Assembly: GCF_026210795.1 (NCBI RefSeq) | Contig: NC_089430.1 | Location: 2,976,001-3,040,000, forward strand | Direction: 5' to 3' | DNA length: 64,000 nucleotides | Source: Rhizophagus irregularis | Lineage: Eukaryota | Shown here: piece after piece, positions 52,950 to 64,000 of the stretch | How the letters are laid out: every line of letters begins with the position of its first letter | Position numbering within the stretch: position 1 is the stretch's first letter | Translations under genes and position numbers: made by a program | The notes under the pieces: model-generated | Told to the model about the DNA's origin: nothing | The model's input: only the letters and a program-made list of their open reading frames with translations | Databases searched by the model: none

Positions 52950-55312
52950 TCTCTTCTGGATTCCAGTCATCATCATTTTCACTATCATATTTATTATTAA
53001 ACATGAATGGAATCTCAGAAGATTCAATATACATCCATGGTCCCAAATCTATCACTTATTCGATATTTAACATCTTGTCAACACTTTCTTTTTGTATATT
53101 GGGTGGCTCTTCATATTCCTTCTCTTCATCTTTATTCTCATTTAATATGTCTCCCTCTTCAAATAGATTATCTATCATTTTTTGAACATCGTTAATTGAT
53201 ATGCTATTTCCAATGTGATTCAAGGATCTTTTACTATTTGAAAGTGAATGAATATTATGAGTATAAATTTTGGACATACATTCGATAGTTTGCACATTTA
53301 AATTTGTTCTCCTTTTACCAAACATCCATCTAAGGGCTGAAAAAAGGCGTTCACAGCTGGCTGAATGTGGCGTTATTGAAAAAACAATTTTTGCAAGACG
53401 AGATAATGAGCTGCGTCTATCAATTATTAAGTTTCGCCACTGAAAAGGCCCATCATTATTTGAATATGGTGCGCTATAAGGGTTATCTTGGTCCAAATAT
53501 TTGCGAAGCTGTGCCTTAAGTTCTAAACCAGAAGTTTTCTTATGACCCAAATTCTTCCAAATATTAAGCGCAGTTTTTTGGATACGTTCAAATTAAGTAT
53601 TGTGGATACCCACTCCTACAATATTTATAAAGAATAAATTATTTATCTTATTTAATTATTTTTTCTTATATTAGTAATACTTTTATATTGCGGATGGAAA
53701 AAGAAAGCCAATAAGTAAATATCTTTATCAAATTCTTTGTATCTATTAAAGAAATTTGATTACTTACTTCAGTTATTTAGTTTTTTATTAAACTAAAATT
53801 ATTTTGAATATTACCTCTCATTGAAGGCTTTAATACAAGAATTCTTTAATGAGCGGTAATCATTCATTGGCATTTGTTTAAAAAAGGTTGCAATTCTAAG
53901 GAGATAAAGGTAACACAACAATCTGCCAATATAGTATACGTTCTTTCAAGCATAAGAATTGCCTCTTTTATCAGTTTAAGAATATCTGATATTACGCAAA
54001 TATCATCAAAAAACCCTCATTTTTTCAAAATAGTTTTAATAGCTTAATTTGAAATTTCGTGTTCATGATTTTTCAGAACCTAATTTAAATAAAATTAAAT
54101 TTTTTTTTTTTAAAAAAAAAAATAATTCATCTTATTAACATATGTGCTGTAAAGCATCTTTTAATCTCCACACAGAATGTTCACATTCATAGACAGTCAT
54201 TCATCTTGTTTCTATGTAAGTCTTCAGCTCTCTGCCTTCAATATTTTTACTTTTAATTACTTCATTGAGCCATGATGATCCAAGGGTAGAATTTTTAAAA
54301 TATTTTGTGAGAATGTTTGCACATTTCACTATATATTTAACTTTATTTATTTTTACAATAGACGTGCTTATCAGATTTACGCAATGCGTGATATATCGCA
54401 CATTAATGATATTTGGGTAATTGTTGGCAATTATCTTACGTGCTGCTGCAACATTCAAGCCATTATCTGACACAATAGCAACAAACTTTTTAGCTTCCAC
54501 TTTATTGATAACTTTCTCAATAACGTTAGATAAATGCTCTCCTGTATGGCGAATATTTGAAAAATCCTCAAGACTCAAAAGATATTCTTTCCTTGACCTA
54601 GTCATTAACATGAATGCCCAAAGGCTATTCCCGTGTGGATCAGTTCAACAATCTATCGTTAATGAATATAAATACATATCAAAACTGTCAATATTTTACA
54701 AAAATTTCTTCATTTTAATTTAAATTAAAAATCTTACCAATAGTCAGCACTTAATTCATTCATAATACGTATATTTACGCGAGATGTTTCAGATTCTAAT
54801 AAAGTACCACTCAAAACTTGCCTTGAGAGAGGATTATATCCTGGTTGTAAAGTTTTGATCAAATCAATAAACCAAGGATTTTCAATTATACTAAAAGGAA
54901 TATTGCACATTACGAATGCTTTCGTTATTGAACGATGTATTTCATCACTATGTCCTTTTTCTAACTCTTTATTCTTGTAAAAAAATCGGATGGATGTTTG
55001 GCCATCATTGAGCCTTTGTTTTTTAGTTGTTAATTCTGAGTCATTTTTATCATCTTCTTCGTTCTCTGCTATTTCATTACCTACAATTTTTGCGAACTGT
55101 AATGACACTTCTTGTGGACATTTTCAGCAATGATTTGCTAAGTGCTCACGTAAAACATGAGGTTTCTTATCCTTCCAATAAAAATTACAATAGCTACATG
55201 TCGCAGCATAGTGCCCTCTTGTTCTCTGTACTCCTTTTATCATATGTCCATTTTACACCTCCGTAAAATGAAGTCCTTTTCTTGGATTTTCTGAAGGTTC
55301 TGAACTTGTCAT
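52950..55312 (-). pseudogene. hAT transposase (BED finger, DUF659-like core, dimerisation domain)
   Basis: AFVMCNIPFSIIENPWF..LSRQVLSGTLL, HTGEHL..IVSDNG.NV..HCVNL..ETR, FHPQY, SITPHSASCERLFSALRW; multi-exon with stops. Confidence 0.92.
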
Positions 55313-56212
55313 TTTATCAAAAAAAATTAGGAACCTAAAATATTAAAAATAAATGACTAACGAAAAATGAAATGATGAAAATAAGCGCAAAATATTTCGT
55401 TAACAACAATTCGGTTTTAAATTCAGAAGTATTCAGGGTTGTTGAGTCACGTACTTACATAGTTATATTTTGAGAATATTAATGAATTTTGGTTAACCAG
55501 AAAAAGTAAGTTAAAGTATTTTCAAAAAAAAAAAATAGATAAAGTTTGAACTTTGAAAATACATACGTTTTATATTAAGGGACAAATCGCCACTTAACCG
55601 GAGAATTTTAATAATGCCCGATTTATGCAAATTATCGCTAAAAATGGCTAATACTCCTTTTTTACCAGATTGTCATATCATCATGTGATATGATACACAA
55701 ATTTTAAAGATGGTAATTTATAGTGACAATCCTAGCTAAGCCACTTGCAAAGTTTGAAATCGCTAGAGTTTCGCGTCTTTGACTTTTCTATGTAGGAACG
55801 CAAGATTCCGACGGTAAATTTCCTATTAACCCAAATATTGGATGAAAAATTTTTGAACATTTTTCACTGTAACTAAGCTATATTTGGTTTTTTATTTAGT
55901 TTTTAAATCTTTATTTAGCTTTATTTGAATCTTTTTAATATTCACATTCTTTGTTAAACTTGTACAGTTTCTACTAAAACTACATATGTATACCTATAGT
56001 GCAAGTTTATGAAATATTTTTTTTGGACATGAAAATTATTGTATACTGTTTTTTTTCACTTATTGGAAAAAAATTTATAGTAAAGAACAAGAAATTCCAA
56101 AAAATTTTTTTTTATTAATTACAAAGCCCATAAAATTAATTATAGAATGTCGATCATTTTCTCCTGTTGAATGACGATCTGTCTCTTAAATATTATAAAG
56201 TTGATCTATTTT

Positions 56213-56705
56213 TTTGGACAATTTTGTCCACTTATTTATTTCAACTCGCGTAAATATCAATTTTGTCCAACTTATTTATCTTAACTTGCGTAATATATCT
56301 TTTTGGACAATTTTGTCCACTTATTTCATAATATATCTTTTTGGACAATTTTGTCCACTTATTTCGTAATATATCTTTTTGGACAATTTTGTCCACTTAT
56401 TTCGTAATATATCTTTTGGATAATTTTGTCCACTTATTTCGTAATATATCTTTTTGGATAATTTTGTCCACTTATTTCGTAATATATCTTTTTGGACAAT
56501 TTTGTCCACTTATTTTGTAATATATCTTTTTGGACAATTTTGTCCACTTATTTCGTAATATACCTTTTTAGACACTTATTTATCCCAACTCGCGTAATAT
56601 ATCTTTTTATTTTTTAGAATTAAATCATTTGTTATATCTTATATGCTGCGTACAATTATTTATCCCAACTTACGTAATATATCTTTTGGACAATTTTGTC
56701 CACTT
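56213..56705. repeat. 39-bp tandem minisatellite
   Basis: About 7 near-perfect copies of TTTTTGGACAATTTTGTCCACTTATTTCGTAATATATC plus degenerate flanking units. Confidence 0.92.
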
Positions 56706-57803
56706 TACATAATATTAAAAAAAGAATTATAAATTCCAAAATAAAACCTTTTAATTGTAATAAAAATTTTGCAATTTGCATTTCATAATCTACTGCGTAT
56801 ACCTAATTTTACGTTCTGCAATTTAATCTAAATAATAAAAATAATAATCTGTATTATAACTAATAAAAATAATAATCTGTATTATGCCCATTCGATATAC
56901 TCACTTCCTTTAAACTTCCCTCTTAAATCTCTGAATTCTTCGCTTAAACTCAATTTAAATATCAACATCACTTTTTCTTTCTGGCATGATGAAATCTTGA
57001 TTCGACATAATTTCAGAAATACGTTCATCTGGTTGGCTTGAAGTAATTGATTGATAAGCGGGAATTTGAGACAAAAATATATCATAATATTTTTGCTTTA
57101 CAAAAAAATCACACTTGTGACAACCTACTTGCGCAAGCTGCGCAGGTGTTATTCCATCATTAAATAACTTGCGCAATCTGTCGCACCCTAACCTATTTCT
57201 CTGTTCAGCTTTTTGATCGATATTAAGCTTACTTTGCATAAAAGAGATCACCCAGGATTTTGTATTTTTAATTTCTAATCTTTCAGTAAACATTGAAAGA
57301 TTATTATAAATTTGAACTAATGATGCTAAATGTAGCAAATTGAAAGACTCCGCCGCTATCACAAGGCTTTCACAACATAACTCCTGTTTTTTTCATTGAT
57401 TAATTCTGTCCATAGCGGACTTCTCGTCGACAACTGTAATTTTTCAGCCATTGATAATTCAGCCAAAGCATTGAATATCGCAAAAGTTTTTGATAGTTCT
57501 GAGGTAATGAGATGCTCATCATTTGATGCTAACAAAATATCACGTAGTTTTTTTCCCTTCTTAAACAAAAGCATTTGGGCAGAATTCAACTTTTCTTTTA
57601 TAATAGTTTTATCATCATGGTCACTTTCATTAACATCCTCATCTGAGGAAATTTCAACACAGTTAAGTTTACATTTTTTTACTAATGATGTTGATATAAA
57701 TGCTAGTTTTTGAGATTCTTCTGACACTTCTGAAACTAATGCTTGTGATTCCACCAGCGTTTTCATTTTTGAAGTTTGTGTTTCTACTACTACAAACACT
57801 TCT

Positions 57804-58883
57804 AGAACCCCGAACAATATATATATAGGTCAGATAAAAAATTCAAAATTTACTAAGGTCAATAAGCAAATATTTTTCATGTCTGCTAAGCAAACTTTTA
57901 TCTAACCCATAAATTTTTTACACTGCTAAGCAACTTATTTTATGACATATATATATTTATATATAATTTTTTTTATAAAATATGTATATAAAAAAAACTA
58001 AAAAAACAAAAATTTTTGAAATAATGTATGGATAAAGCTATTATTATTTTTTTGTAATATTACAACTTATAAATGTTTCTTATTAATATTTCGTATATCT
58101 GTTCTGTGACTTCGGAGCGTAACTTGGGCACTTTAGTCAAAGGAAACATCCAAAACCTTCTTAAGTAAAGTTGTTCAGCAGGTTCGAATCTACTTACATA
58201 TAAATTTTTATCATGATTGAATAGATATTTATGGATTTATTCATGTTTTTTGTAACGCCACCAATACGCGGAATTTTTATTTTTAAAATTTACTGTAAAA
58301 TTTGTCAAAAAAAATATTTTTAAAAAATTTTCTAAGTAAAAATGAAATAACTTTTATTGATTATTACAAAAATTATAGTGTAAAATTATAAAAAAACAGA
58401 AAAACACTTATTTTTCTTGCTCTTATTTTCAATATATATTTTTTAAATGTTACACAGACGCGTATATGATTTATAATTTTAATGTTACGCGGACGCGTAT
58501 TTGTTTTATCAAAAACACGTTACACGATCACGTCTAAAAATGTTCCCTGTATTACGTATACAATTAACTTATTCTTTGTATTAAAAATAGTAAATTTTTT
58601 TTATACAAACATGTTTATAACTTTGTTTACATATTTTTATTAGATTTTTTTAATGTGAAAATAAATATATATTATATTATATATATATATTAAAAAATTC
58701 TATCCTGCTACGCAAATATATATCTGACTATTAATAATTTAATACTCTGCTATGCATAATTATATCTGACTATTTAAAAATTATGTTATCAAATAAGCAA
58801 TAATAAATCTTACATAGGAAAAATTTTTATATGTTGGTTAAGCAAACTCAAAACCTACCTTTATATATATTGTTCGGGGTCCT
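57804..58883. mobile_element. ~1.08-kb MITE, copy 2 (inverted relative to 17247-18323)
   Basis: Same TIR; TSD ACACTTCT / ACATTTCT (57796-57803, 58884-58891). Confidence 0.93.
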
Positions 58884-60129
58884 ACATTTCTGCATCAGGT
58901 ACTTTTTCTGCTAATTTCAATGTGAGTGATCTTGCTGGTGTCTTTGTTGACGGTGCTTCTACTGATACTTTTTTTCGGTACTGCTACCGGTGGAGCTTGT
59001 ATAGATGAATTCAATTTGGTACTTTCATTATCAGCACTTTTATTAGTTATCGGTAACGCTTGTGGAGGTGAATTCAATTCATTATTTTAATTAGCTACTG
59101 GTGACGCATTCAGTTCATCACTTTTATTAGCTACAGGTGACGCTTGTAGAGGGAATTCGATTCAGTACTTTCATTATCTACTGGTAGCGATTGTGAAAGT
59201 GAATTCAATTTGGCACTTTTATTAGTTACTTGTGGCGCTTGTAGAGGTAAATTTAATTCAGTACTTTTATGGTAGCTTGATTCTTCTATTATAGAGTCTG
59301 AATTTAAAATATCAGCAGTCTGAGAATTATTATTACCTATAAAATTAAGATGTAAATTATTATAAAGTTTTGTAATCAAGAATAATTCTATGATTGACAA
59401 ATATGACTTACAGAAATTATTAATTTTTGTCATCCAGTTATCAATATAATAAAATAATCTTTCATCGCATTTCAATTGTGATAAGCTGGCAATGTCATGC
59501 TGGCACACGTTATATTTGAAATAGTAATATTATTTTTTATGTGATTTTAGTTACCAAATTTTTCAATACATCGCAGATTTAAATTTGCCCAAATATTTTC
59601 TGCTGTATCAAAAGTTGTGAGATTGTTTATTGCCAAATCACAGTTTATAACGCAGGCAAGTTCCAAGTTATTAGACTCGTGATATAATGCTGAGCGAGAA
59701 GTTGATGTTGAAGATTCAAAGGGGAATGTTCGAGTGTTGAATAATTTAACAATTGTTTTAAGAATTCATCAACATTAGAATCAGTATCAGCTGTACCAGG
59801 TGTGTCACTTGAATGCGTATTTTCTGCCATTACTAGAGTAGAGTACTTTTGCAATTTGTTCTATTATTAGAAATTAATAAAGAAAGGTAAAATATAAATT
59901 TTATAAATTAAAAATTAATATCATTTTTATACTTTACCTCTAATCTAACATTATGATTCAAAACTAATTCGTATTTACTTTTATATAATTCATATAGAAA
60001 TTTGTAATGCTGAAGTTCAGCCAGATTATCCTGAAAAAACAAAAAAAAAATAAAAATAAAATTACAGTTGTCCAGGAACAAAAAAAAAGACGAAAAAAAA
60101 AGGTGGACAAAATTGTCTGGAGACAAAAA

Positions 60130-60596
60130 CACAGGTCGAAAAGTGAAAAATCAGGCACCAATCTGTCACCAATCAGGTAGCTGATTGGCGACTGGATCTT
60201 ATTTTCGCCAAATAACGTCAATCAGGCAGTTTGCTAACTTTTGTTCCAGTGATCAGAAAAAGTTGAAATATAGCTCATTGGAATCATCTCAACAAAACGA
60301 ATCTAATGGTAGTAAAATCGCATTTCTAGAATTAATACTTGATGAGAAATTAAGTAAAATATAAAAATAAAAATGTATCATTTATATTTTATTTAATTTT
60401 TTATTAACTATTAATCCTAGAGATGCGATTTTACTACCATTAGATTCGTCTTATTGAGACGATTCCAATGAGCTATATTTCATTTTTTTCTGATCACTGG
60501 ATCAAAAGTTAGCAAACTGCCTGATTGGTGACGGTATTTGGCGAAAATGCCGATTGGTGACTGATTGATGCCTGATTTTTTACTTTTCGACCTGTG
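60130..60596. mobile_element. Fold-back MITE related to the RAG-like element ends
   Basis: TIR CACAGGTCGAAAAGT(G/A)AAAAATCAGGCA; TSD AAA; interior matches 51200-51608; almost wholly palindromic. Confidence 0.9.
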
Positions 60597-61778
60597 AAAA
60601 AAAAGTGAAAAAAAGTGGATAAAGTTGTCCAGGCAAAAAAAAGTGGACAAAGACGGGAAAAAAAAGTGGACAAAGTTGTCCAAACAAAAAAAAAAGTGAA
60701 GTAAAAATGGACAAAGTTATTCGAGACAAAAAAAAGGACAAAGTCGAAAAAAAAAGTGGATAAAGTTGTCCAGAGACGGAAAAAAGTGGACAAAGTTGTC
60801 CAAAACTGAAAAATAGACAGAAACAAAATAAAGGGGAAGGGGACAAAATTATCATATACCTTATCGATAAAATGTAAAATTTGACAACGATTCCTCCAGA
60901 TCAAAATATATATGACCTTCATTTTTTTTATATGACATTCTTACTCTATCTTGCTCGAAAGTACATGAATCAATTTTTTTATCCGTCTTTGTCCAAACAA
61001 GAGAAAGTGCTGTTGAAATTAAGCTTTCATCATCGTCAGGTAAATAAACTTTTTTTCTGTGAATTTTTGAATTGAGAACTGAACGGGGTGTTTTTGACAT
61101 TTCTAATATATTTATTTAATATTTTAAAAGCTGATACTTTGTTTTTTATTTTTAAAATGAAGAGGAAAAAAAGCAATTGTAGTACTAAAAACTGTAAAAA
61201 CTGATATTTATTTAATTGATCAAATAATAACATTTGATAACGCGATTGTTTTGATATGTAATTGTATATTGTAATACGTTTGATAGAATGAGTTTTGATA
61301 CAATGATATATATAATTGTTAAAATAATGTACTGATTATAGCTGAATAATCTGATATATTATTATTATTTTAATTGGATTTTGGAAATAATATTCCTGTA
61401 TTCTGGCGAGAAATTTTTTTTTCGCTTCGGTGAGAATATTTTACAAAAAAAAATGATCATGTGAAGATGATCTATAGTCAATCATAATTTTTGAGATTAT
61501 TTGCGGATTTGCAGATTATTTGCGGATTATTTGTAGATTTGCGGATTATTTGCATATTTGCAGATTATTTGCGATTGCGGATTTGTGAATAATTATTCTT
61601 TAAAATCCGCAATGTTCCACAATATCGCAAATCACAATTAATCCGCAATTAGGGTATTGCAGACACATCTTTACCTACTGAAAGAACTGAATACATTTTT
61701 GGCTTTAAGCATACTGATTCGCCTATTAGATCCCCTTTGTCTCATCCTTCATTAGAAACAAGTCTCCTGAATAGTTAA

Positions 61779-61999
61779 CACACGTCAAATGATCAAAAAT
61801 AGGCAAAAAAAATGGTGCAAATCGCATAAACTATTTGCAAATTTGTATAAACTATTCGCAAATTTGTATAAACTATTTACAAATAGTATAGGTTAATTCG
61901 TAAATAGCCAAAAACAGCCAAGAATAGCCAAGAATAGCCAAGAATAGCCACTGCTTTTCACGCCATTTTTTTTGCCGATTTTTAGCATTTCGACCTGTG
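61779..61999. mobile_element. 221-bp CAC...GTG MITE in PolB
   Basis: Ends CACACGTCAAATG and CATTTCGACCTGTG; TSD TAA; removal restores DIFDLNYSGDLFLMKDE. Confidence 0.85.
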
Positions 62000-64000
62000 T
62001 AAGATCGAAAATGTCTGGTCTTTCTGCTTGATCTTTATAGATATCCTCAGTTTCTATCCACATGATAAGCGAGTCTGTATCTGTATAAAGTAGACTGGCC
62101 TTTTCTTTATAGCGAAGCTTTATGTAACCGTACCAAAAGTTGAACATCATAGCCTTGCTAATGTCGAGAATTGCCTGCCTTACATAGATTGGTTTGTTTA
62201 GAGTTACTGTACTTTTTAACATATAGACTGCTGTAATTTCCTTCGAATGCTTTAAAGCCTACATACAATGGTAAACTTGCTAGGTGCCTAATTTTTTTTT
62301 CCTCTTCTGTTCAGAGTAATTCTACTTTCATATATTTACGAACATTTTCCATTTGTTTGCCAAAGACTGCATTGTTCTTTAGATTATAATACATGACTCT
62401 AAACTTGTCCTCATTAGCTTTAGCAATTTTACGCTTGCTAATATTTTCCTCAATATAGTCTTTCATCTATAAAGACTGCTTAAACTTAAGAGCACTATGA
62501 ATCTTTGTAATCTTCATCCCAAACTTCATATTTGTCTGAAGCTCAATAGTGAACTGCATAATTCTTCTTAGTAAAGAGGGTCTGGACTAGCTTCTCTTCA
62601 GATACATATTTTCCATTTCCAACATTTTTATCTTGCACTAATTTTTTATTGTACAAGCTAAACCAGTCTTCTAGAACTATCTGCTTTTCTGGCGCTAATG
62701 GATAATCTGCAAAGTAATTGTGCAAGTGTACTGGGACTTCTAGATCAACTTCAAGTGTATAATCTATATCTGCATCAGGCGCGATACTTTGGATATCTGG
62801 TACTTTCTCTGGACTCACTTTATCCAAAATTTCTGTAAGCATGTATTGGGTCATTGCACCTGAATATAAAGCATTCATATCCTTATACATGATCCAGGAA
62901 TTCAGCTTACTGAACTCATAATCTGAACATTGTGGATTATTTGCTTTAGCGTATCGATGACTTGTCATTATCATGCCTTCACGAATGCCATTTTCTACCA
63001 TTAGATATTCATCCATATTTGTCATGAGTTTGAGTTCTGTCCCGCTATTTTTGTAAAGAGAATCATTAAACATTCTAGGTGCTGAAATATAATGAAAGAG
63101 ATCTAAGCCGTCATTTTTCAAGCACATGATAGTGTAGTTCATGAAAACATCTGCAAGTAAAAGTACATCTGTCTCAAGATAAAGATCATGATATTCTCTA
63201 AAGTTCTTCATTTTGAATATTTGCCATACCTTTTGAGCATGTTCATAATCCTCTTTACTAATATTTTGCTGACTAAGAAGTGAATAGAAGTTCTTTCTAG
63301 ATGGGAGGCTTGTTCTGTCAAATTTTTCCCATGCATTTATCCAGTCGTATGGGAAAATGCCCTTTCGAAAAAAAAGCTTAATCTTATCTATTGAATAGCC
63401 TTTTTCAGTAAAATACCTAACAGTTAAGGGAAATTTTTCAAACTTTTTTCTAGACATTCTACTAATTTATCTAATCCCATTCCCATATGCTGAAAGCTAT
63501 CAAGAAATCGGAGCTGGCCAACATCCATGGCTTTGTACTTTCCTATCTATATTCTCCAAGATGCAATTTATCTTATCAGCTGTGAATTTGCTTACAACTT
63601 TCATAAGCAGATGAGAGTCATATCCCCAGAAATTATGACAGATAAGAGGCACTTTGGTTTCGAAAAAGCCTATCTGCAACTTTTTATTATAAGTATCATG
63701 GGCTGGACCTTGATAGTTTTCATTTATATGGTCATGATCTTTTACTTTTTGATTAAGTGTACTTAAAGCTTCTCAGTATGTTTTCTGTGCTTCTTTCTTT
63801 TCAGGATGTTCCTTTTTTATACATGATTCCCATTCTTTGATTTCTAATAAATTATACTTTGCTTCTTCAAGTTTTTGTACTACCTCTGGTGCTGGTTTTA
63901 AAAAAGGTTTCTTACAAATCCAGCATTCAGTCGCTTCATTATACGCCTTCAAATCTCCTGGTGCTATTATCATTTCAGCCGGTGCAGATAAATCTTCTTG

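Larger units (their letters stand above)
56883..61100 (-). pseudogene. Multi-exon hypothetical cargo gene of the hAT element
   Basis: Same-strand ORF pieces 60861-61100, ~59937-60031, 59645-59854, 59131-59508, 58895-59077, 57359-57800 and 56955-57362 with GT-AG junctions; interrupted by a MITE. Confidence 0.6.
52317..61673. mobile_element. 9.36-kb hAT transposon with cargo gene, inserted in PolB
   Basis: TIR TAAAGATG(G/T)GTC; TGCAAATAAT/ATTATTTGC subterminal arrays at 52380-52565 and 61495-61660; decayed 8-bp TSD CCTGCTAG / CCTACTGA; PolB reading resumes across it. Confidence 0.88.
51860..64000 (-). pseudogene. Polinton/Maverick-type family B DNA polymerase in three pieces (64000-62000, 61778-61674, 52316-51860); 5' end outside window
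   Basis: CWIC..VKDHDH, RKGIFPYDW, YHDLYLETDVLLLADVF, DMNALYSGAM, KNNAVFGKQMENVRK, YTDTDS, MKDE..CLKPKMYS, KAKGVKK, PYDNKR..TLPYGHW; stops and frameshifts. Confidence 0.93.

Noticed and set aside
56213..56705. CRISPR-like 39-bp periodic repeat and ORF 56321-56509
   Set aside because: Head-to-tail minisatellite with no spacers; the ORF is a by-product of the repeat.
59908..60922. Phe-rich ORFs overlapping 59908-60922
   Set aside because: Apart from a short predicted exon (~59937-60031), these translate intronic poly-T repeats and the fold-back MITE.

Overview
Very AT-rich, intron-containing eukaryotic DNA whose genes and repeats resemble an arbuscular mycorrhizal (Glomeromycota-type) fungus; that assignment is inferred. 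About the first 10.5 kb is host sequence, with a multi-exon NADPH-cytochrome P450 reductase and a small secreted Cys-rich protein. Most of the rest is nested, decayed mobile DNA. Two Polinton/Maverick-like segments are present. The left (~12.8-30.9 kb) has an RVE integrase, an A32-type packaging ATPase and an unexpected Gag-like plus aspartic-protease ORF with no reverse transcriptase. The right (~43.7-64 kb) has a family B DNA polymerase. Both were invaded by TIR transposons whose ends and target-site duplications (TSDs) can be read directly. The most striking insert is a complete 4.5-kb element (47122-51608; CAC/CAT...GTG ends, ~113-bp TIRs, 3-bp TSD). It encodes a RAG1/Transib/Chapaev-like DDE transposase with the RAG1 catalytic and Zn-ligand motifs in order, plus a convergent zinc-finger gene, and has non-autonomous relatives in the window. 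A 9.4-kb cargo-carrying hAT element splits the polymerase. All family assignments come from motif recognition by eye; no searches were run.
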